Shown here piece by piece: positions 58,565-64,000 of a DNA stretch of 64,000 nucleotides (positions within the stretch are counted from its first letter, which is position 1; every line of letters starts with the position of its first letter). Source of the DNA: an uncultured virus (IMG/VR IMGVR_UViG_3300036791_001015) (lineage: Duplodnaviria; Heunggongvirae; Uroviricota; Caudoviricetes); the IMG/VR virus record IMGVR_UViG_3300036791_001015; one strand, written 5' to 3'. The position numbers were made by a program, and so were the translations under genes. The notes beneath the pieces were generated by a model that saw nothing but the letters and a program-made list of their open reading frames with translations, had not been told where the DNA came from and did not search any database.

Positions 58565-59377
58565 CTAAATTTCAGACGAACGGCGTTTGAGATCGGGAGC
58601 AGGGGCCGGATAAGGCGCGATACCATTAACCACCCTGATAAACTTTTTATCGCGCGTGGCCAATTCCGTGGTTATCGCTTCTATCCAACGACGGCGTTGC
58701 CGCGATGAACCGATATGGGTGGCATAAATGTGCTTGGAGGGACGCTTCCCTTTTGTCCAGCCTGCCTCACGCGCCGTGTCATAATAAAGATGCTGGTTCT
58801 GTTGGCGGAATATCCGCGTGGAATGCCAGTCGGCTGGGTTATCGGGATCGCCGCCCGGCGGCAGCCACATGTCGCGCATTGGCCGGTTCTTGCGCTTGCC
58901 GTGCAGACCCTGACCGAGATAGAGCCAGTTCGCCGCTTGATAGACACCGCCATATTCGCCCGCTGACGGATCGCAATAGGCAAAAAACCGGGCCGTACCG
59001 GTAAGACCGTGGACCAGCTTGCAGGCACGGGTGATGAGAAAGCTCGCCGCATTTTGTGGTGTATCGTGCGCGCAGGCCCCACGTTCGAGACACAGCGCCG
59101 GTTCACCGATCAGCTTGCGCAGCGTCCCCAATTCCGGTGAACCCGCAGGCGGGCCATAACCAAAGCAGGCCGCCCCCGCCAGATCGCCGGTAGGCGACAT
59201 CAGTCCGATAAAGATGTGCGCGCCGCCAAGTGATTTGAGCCATTCATATTGCAGGATGATATCCGCTGCCATCGCCCGCGTGACTTCCGCCACGGTGTAA
59301 CCCTTGAGCGATGCGGCGCGCGGCTGGGGATCAGCGGCGCGGCGCTGCTCACCGATTTGGCGCTGGGTTTCGGGCAT
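58565..59377 (-). CDS. Mom-family (Mu Mom-like) GNAT DNA modification protein
   Basis: GAACFG, LER, NAASFLI and AYCDPSAGEYGGVYQAANWLYLG motifs. Confidence 0.75.
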   Translation of the reverse strand: MPETQRQIGEQRRAADPQPRAASLKGYTVAEVTRAMAADIILQYEWLKSLGGAHIFIGLMSPTGDLAGAACFGYGPPAGSPELGTLRKLIGEPALCLERGACAHDTPQNAASFLITRACKLVHGLTGTARFFAYCDPSAGEYGGVYQAANWLYLGQGLHGKRKNRPMRDMWLPPGGDPDNPADWHSTRIFRQQNQHLYYDTAREAGWTKGKRPSKHIYATHIGSSRQRRRWIEAITTELATRDKKFIRVVNGIAPYPAPAPDLKRRSSEI

Positions 59378-59449
59378 TAGGGCATCATCGCGCAGCCCGC
59401 GTTATCGTGCCACTGAATTGCGCGCGGCAGTACCTCGCGGTGCGCCTAT

Positions 59450-60607
59450 TCAGTGTACGGAAGGCGAGACCGGCTGCGGCTCAACCGGCTGCGGCTCAAC
59501 CGGCTGCGGCTCGATTTGTCCCGTCATGCGCGCCCGCAGCGTCTTCAGTTCTTCCAGCTTGGTGATGGCAGTATCGATAGTGCGATCCAGTTGCTCCAGA
59601 GACCGCCGTATCGTGCGGGCATAGTCTCCTTGCGCTGTCGAGAGCTTCTCGACATCCTCGACAAAGCCTGTGAGATCAAGATCGGCGATCGACTGAACAA
59701 GAGGCACGACGCCGGAATTGACCCTAATCGAGGCTTCCATCAAGCGTTGGGCGTGGGCTGGCTGCAACTGCACCGGCTGTCCAGGGATGATCTCGCTGCC
59801 AATATCAAGGCGGGAGAAATTGACCGGGGCTGAGGTCAGCGCTGCCGGGGCTGAGCGCCCTCGCGTGACCGGTGTCGGCGGCGCGGCGGCACGCGACCGC
59901 GCGGCAGTGGTCCCGCCTGCGCTCTTGTTTTTATTACCGGGCATCAAGCTGCGCCCGATCTGCGCTACTTCCGCAGCGGTGACTTCCGCCTGTCTTGCCT
60001 GTGTGACGCTCGACACGTAACGAGCGGCGGGTTCCAGTGGCACGCCTTGCCGCTGGATGACCATACAGATCACGTGATCATGCCCGCGTGTCAGCAACCA
60101 CTTGGCCAGATGACGCTTGCTCCCCGGCACCATCTCCAGCTTTGTCAGCAAAGCATCGATCGCCGTATCGAGACCGTCCTCCGGTGTCAGATTGAGGAGA
60201 CTGCGCCAGCGTGGCATGTTGCTGGCAATCGGGACCGGGGCGACGACGGGCGGCGGCTCGATCCCCAGCGCGATACAGACAGCGCGAAACCGCGCTTCCT
60301 CAGACTGGTATTGATCGGTGGCGTCCCAGTGACCGCGAAAGGCCCGCTCGGTCAAGGATAGATTTTTTATTACCGTGGTAATAAAAAATATAAACCGGCC
60401 AAAGCGTAGTTGAAAGTTGACCCATGTTTGACTTACGTTAAGACTATCGGCGATCTTTTGTTGGGTCCAGTGGCTTTCGACAAACAGGATAGCGCCCATC
60501 CGGTCAGCTATTCCTGTCGCGTTTTCGGCGACGGCTTTTTTCTCTTTTACGTCAGCCCAGCGCCGGAAAAATTCGACATCAGGCATTTCGATGTTTATTT
60601 CGGGCAT
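59450..60607 (-). CDS. Hypothetical protein with N-terminal HTH
   Basis: WTQQKIADSLNVSQTWV HTH; C-terminal (EPQPV)3. Confidence 0.6.
   Translation of the reverse strand: MPEINIEMPDVEFFRRWADVKEKKAVAENATGIADRMGAILFVESHWTQQKIADSLNVSQTWVNFQLRFGRFIFFITTVIKNLSLTERAFRGHWDATDQYQSEEARFRAVCIALGIEPPPVVAPVPIASNMPRWRSLLNLTPEDGLDTAIDALLTKLEMVPGSKRHLAKWLLTRGHDHVICMVIQRQGVPLEPAARYVSSVTQARQAEVTAAEVAQIGRSLMPGNKNKSAGGTTAARSRAAAPPTPVTRGRSAPAALTSAPVNFSRLDIGSEIIPGQPVQLQPAHAQRLMEASIRVNSGVVPLVQSIADLDLTGFVEDVEKLSTAQGDYARTIRRSLEQLDRTIDTAITKLEELKTLRARMTGQIEPQPVEPQPVEPQPVSPSVH
59469..59512. repeat. 15-bp tandem repeat, 3 copies, encoding EPQPV
   Basis: ACCGGCTGCGGCTCA repeated. Confidence 0.85.
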
Positions 60608-60819
60608 GACAGTTCTCCCGAATTGGCGTGCGCGGCAAGGCAGTCTGCAATGATCTGAGGCGACCAAAAACGACCATATTTCTTATTGTAATAGTCGGTC
60701 AGTTTTTGCAGAGACCAGCCGCTCTCGACAAACAAGCCACTATCGGCTGCGGCTTGAACGTATATGTCATTTATAGCGGTCCACCGCCGGTCAAATTCGG
60801 CTTCGGGCATCTTAGACAT
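60595..60819 (-). CDS. Hypothetical protein
   Basis: 74 aa ORF. Confidence 0.5.
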   Translation of the reverse strand: MSKMPEAEFDRRWTAINDIYVQAAADSGLFVESGWSLQKLTDYYNKKYGRFWSPQIIADCLAAHANSGELSCPK

Positions 60820-60830
60820 GATATGTCCCC

Positions 60831-60862
60831 AAAAAAGGTGGGGCGGCTCGAAAGCCGCCCCG
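60831..60862 (-). terminator. Rho-independent terminator
   Basis: GGGGCGGCT-TTCG-AGCCGCCCC followed by a T-tract. Confidence 0.75.
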
Positions 60863-60870
60863 GTTGTGGG

Positions 60871-61932
60871 TTACTCGGCGGCTTGAGCCTGCGGCTCGGG
60901 GCCGATGATGCGCGGGAATGTGTCCTGCGTATCAACCACCAGCGGCTGCACGCGCCCGCGATGGCGCGGCATGCGCTCGTTGTTGACGTGCATCATGAAG
61001 GCCTTGTTGAGATAGGCCAACCGCGTGCGGTCGAGCATCGGGCGGCAATCCGCCGCCATCGGTGCCAGCAGCACGGCGCGCAGGGCAAGCAAGGGGCTGT
61101 CCTCATCGAGGCGTGCCCCGGTCCCCAGCGGACCGCAGAAGCTCTGGAGCATTGCACGATCATAGCCCTCGCGCAGCACCAGCCACGCAAAGAACGCGGC
61201 AACCGGCTTCTTCTGGATCACCTCGACCGCCTGCGGGTAGTTGCCCAGCATCAGATGCGTGGCATCAAGCAGATCGGGATGCTGGCTAACATAGCCCAGG
61301 ACCGAACGTGCATCGATCTTCTGGCGGAAGCCGCTCGGATTGCGCGCGACACCCAGCTTGTGGACATCGTAGCGAAACGCGAGACCGGAAACCGCCGCCG
61401 CGATGACCTTGCTATTGCCATTGAGGCCGGCAATGTGCAGCCCATCACCTGCGGTGCGCTTTTTGCCACTGTCGTAGTAGGCAAAAATATTCGGCACGTT
61501 TGGGGCGGTAACCACCACGTAGCAGCGGAAGGGAACACCGCTGAGATAACACGACATCAGACGGTGGTGACCATTGCGCAGCTTGTCGTTGACCACCACG
61601 ATCCCCTCGCCGGTCGGTTGCCAATCATCATTGGCCATATCTTCCGCATAGGCCTTGATGCTCGGCAGCGAGAATTCGCGGTTGCCACCACTATTCAGCA
61701 AGGCCGCTTCGGCCATCTGAGGCGTGATATCGTACCAGCCGTCGCCAAGCGTAAACGGGGACGGTGGCAGCAGGTTCTGCTCGCGCAGTTCCTTGGCGTG
61801 CTCGTTAAAACGCTCCAAAGCGTCATAGAACGCATCGCTCGATACCGTGGGAAGCTCCACGGTGATCGTCGGCGTCCAGTCAGGAGGTGTTGCCCCCCAA
61901 GCACCGGGCGCAGTTTCGCTAGACATAGTCAT
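60871..61932 (-). CDS. ParB/Srx-like domain protein
   Basis: ITPQMAEAAL..NR...YAEDM...W..TGEGI...NGHHRL motifs. Confidence 0.7.
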   Translation of the reverse strand: MTMSSETAPGAWGATPPDWTPTITVELPTVSSDAFYDALERFNEHAKELREQNLLPPSPFTLGDGWYDITPQMAEAALLNSGGNREFSLPSIKAYAEDMANDDWQPTGEGIVVVNDKLRNGHHRLMSCYLSGVPFRCYVVVTAPNVPNIFAYYDSGKKRTAGDGLHIAGLNGNSKVIAAAVSGLAFRYDVHKLGVARNPSGFRQKIDARSVLGYVSQHPDLLDATHLMLGNYPQAVEVIQKKPVAAFFAWLVLREGYDRAMLQSFCGPLGTGARLDEDSPLLALRAVLLAPMAADCRPMLDRTRLAYLNKAFMMHVNNERMPRHRGRVQPLVVDTQDTFPRIIGPEPQAQAAE

Positions 61933-62113
61933 AGTAAGTCCTCTCGAATGGCCGATGGCAATGATTGCCGGTGGCCGAGTGGCGACGGTTTAAGCCGTCG
62001 TGTTGCACCACATAGGCCTGCACTTGTAATGCGTCAACCGGTTTTTGTGGAGCAGGCAAAAAAAATTCGCCGTCGCGGTAGGGTAGCACCCATTATATAA
62101 TGACAAGCGCTAT

Positions 62114-62350
62114 ATGGAGGATGTCATGACGCTTGAGACCGATGAGCCACAGACAGTCATTCAAATTAGGTTTCCGCAGGCAATCTTGGACCGCATCGAT
62201 GTCTGGCGGCGGAAACAGAAACTACGGCCCACGCGCGCGCAGACCATCAGGTTTCTAGTGGAAAATTCGCTGGGCGATCTGGAGCAAGAGGAGGTAAAGG
62301 AGCCGATCCCTGTTCGACCGCGCCCCGAATTAAGGCGGCGCACAGCATGA
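62114..62350 (+). CDS. Ribbon-helix-helix regulator
   Basis: IQIRFP..ILDRIDVWR....TRAQTIRFLVE. Confidence 0.75.
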   Translation: MEDVMTLETDEPQTVIQIRFPQAILDRIDVWRRKQKLRPTRAQTIRFLVENSLGDLEQEEVKEPIPVRPRPELRRRTA

Positions 62351-62631
62351 CTGACCAACAAAAGCTCGCCGCCCACCGGCAGCGGCTCTTCGAGGCCCGC
62401 CGCTTGGGACCGCTGGCGACGTATCGCCTACGTGCTGAACTCCTTCTGGAGAAGCCCGATCTGGAGCTAAGCAATATCGAGCGCGAGGAACTGGAGCGGA
62501 TCGCCGCCAGCCCGCGCAAGAACGATCTGGCATATCTCCAGCAGTGGCGCGGTGTGAACGCGCGACCGGGAGCTAAGCTCGGCGAGCCACGGCGCAAGCT
62601 GCGGATCAGCCCGCCAAGACCGCAATGCTGA
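62347..62631 (+). CDS. Hypothetical protein
   Basis: ATGA-coupled ORF. Confidence 0.5.
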   Translation: MTDQQKLAAHRQRLFEARRLGPLATYRLRAELLLEKPDLELSNIEREELERIAASPRKNDLAYLQQWRGVNARPGAKLGEPRRKLRISPPRPQC

Positions 62632-62685
62632 GCCAATACAACTTTTAAGTGTAACGCCAGGGAATATTAAAACTAAAAATCTACG

Positions 62686-62715
62686 TTGACATTTGGGGCG
62701 GATATATCATATTAT
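62686..62715 (+). promoter_or_regulatory. Sigma70-like promoter TTGACA-N18-TATTAT with AT-rich upstream element; probably a leaderless transcript
   Basis: Near-consensus boxes; ATG at 62721 lies just after the -10 box with no RBS. Confidence 0.65.
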
Positions 62716-62720
62716 GTAAT

Positions 62721-63545
62721 ATGCCTGACATCGATCTGACAATCGAGGAGACCGGCCTGCCGCAAGAGGCGGGAGATGAGGCTAGCCTAGCCTTATCTCC
62801 CTCCGACGAGGATATATCGCTGCCGCCGCCATTGGACCTAAGCCATGCCGAGGAGTGGAGCGAGCGGCAGTCTCAGGAATGGACCGATCTCAGCCAGGAC
62901 GAAAAAGACCACGTGTTGCTGGCCGAGGACATCCTGCTAGTCCGGACGCATCACAGCTTGCACGAAAATCTCCAAATCGGGCGCGGCCTGTGGATATTCC
63001 AACAATACGTTCAGCGAATATCCGGAGCTACCAGCCTGCGCGATTACGTCTACAGGCGCATGTTCAACAGCAAGGCGACGCCTGAGATCAAGGCGCTACC
63101 CCCCACCAAGCGCGCCGAATTCATCTGGCTGTGGACCCATCACGAAGAACTATTGGTATGGTGGGGTCGCCTGGATGACCGCGCGCGGCGACGCTGGAAT
63201 AATCCAGCAGTGGTCCGCACGCGATATCTGATGGATGAGCACATCCTCCCATCCCCCAACACGATGGTTCATCCCCACAATCCCCATAAGGAAATACCGC
63301 TGGTCTCGCCCCCAGGCATGACAGCGCAAGCGGAGCGCTCTGCCACCTTCCAGGCCAACGAGGCTGTCCGCTTGCGGTCACTGATGGACGAGCGGGCGCG
63401 CAATCCGGCGACCGATATCGAGACGGCGATCGACAACGCGCTCGAACGGGGGCTGCAACAAGCGGAAGACTGGCCCGCGCTACATGCGATCATCACCCGG
63501 TTCATTTACAAAATGAATGAACGTTATGGAGAACCGACCACTTGA
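62721..63545 (+). CDS. Hypothetical protein
   Basis: 274 aa ORF downstream of a strong promoter. Confidence 0.6.
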   Translation: MPDIDLTIEETGLPQEAGDEASLALSPSDEDISLPPPLDLSHAEEWSERQSQEWTDLSQDEKDHVLLAEDILLVRTHHSLHENLQIGRGLWIFQQYVQRISGATSLRDYVYRRMFNSKATPEIKALPPTKRAEFIWLWTHHEELLVWWGRLDDRARRRWNNPAVVRTRYLMDEHILPSPNTMVHPHNPHKEIPLVSPPGMTAQAERSATFQANEAVRLRSLMDERARNPATDIETAIDNALERGLQQAEDWPALHAIITRFIYKMNERYGEPTT

Positions 63546-63850
63546 ATATCAGCGGAGGCGCATTAATTCTGGTGAGATTTCGTGACAAATCACTGGGCCT
63601 CTATGGCCATTCTATGAGCGAGGAGCACCTGCAAATGGCAATGAGCGACAAGGAACGGCAAGCAAAGCGTCGAAAGAAGCTCGCGGACCGGGGCATTAGC
63701 ACGGTAACAGTGCCTTGGCCCCATAGCTGTCCGCACGCCGAATTATATCTGGTCGGTGAATTTCTGATCGCCAATCCCGACTGCTCGTTTGTGCCATGTT
63801 ATCGCGACGCACGCGGGCGGCTTTATACGCTGCGCGAAAACCGTGGCTGA
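63542..63850 (+). CDS. Hypothetical protein
   Basis: MSDKERQAKRRKKLADRG motif; the true start may be internal. Confidence 0.5.
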   Translation: MNISGGALILVRFRDKSLGLYGHSMSEEHLQMAMSDKERQAKRRKKLADRGISTVTVPWPHSCPHAELYLVGEFLIANPDCSFVPCYRDARGRLYTLRENRG

Positions 63851-64000
63851 CAATGCCTTATATATACGCGCACGCACGCGAGGGAGAAGCACATGATATT
63901 ACGACGCAAAGCCCAAAACGATCCCAAGGGATTTTCTATCAATGACGGTATGACCGAGGAGGAAGAGCGGGCAGTAACACGGGCTTGGATCGCACAACGC

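Overview
This 64 kb window is a large part of a GC-rich tailed-phage (Caudoviricetes, myovirus-type) genome, with most genes on the minus strand. An alphaproteobacterial host is plausible but is an inference. Positions 1-31.2 kb are the virion module: terminase, DUF1073-type portal, MuF, DUF2213-type protease, scaffold, DUF2184-type capsid, neck, DUF3383-type sheath, tube, chaperones and tape measure. Positions 36-57 kb are a replication/recombination operon: NusG-like regulator, class II RNR, clamp, UDG-fused family A polymerase, clamp loader, SSB, RecA, resolvase, SbcCD, QueE, DnaB and SNF2 helicase. The standout feature sits inside that operon: a stand-alone Cas7/RAMP-like gene (44710-45504), a partner gene (44222-44713) and a ~730 bp non-coding array (43489-44218). 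The array consists of GGY-NN pentamers cut by GGCA-GGC junctions into 11 units, which suggests an RNA-guided system that uses a gapped dinucleotide code. The second highlight is a pair of modular head-region polyproteins with repeated Asp-preceded headers and an HxH motif, carrying ART-like, zincin-like and zeta-toxin domains. Other signals are a -1 frameshift in the tail chaperone, an ATC start codon, insertions at structural-gene 3' ends, Mom- and QueE-type DNA-modification genes, and altered polymerase motifs. All family assignments come from motifs and synteny read by eye; no database searches were run.
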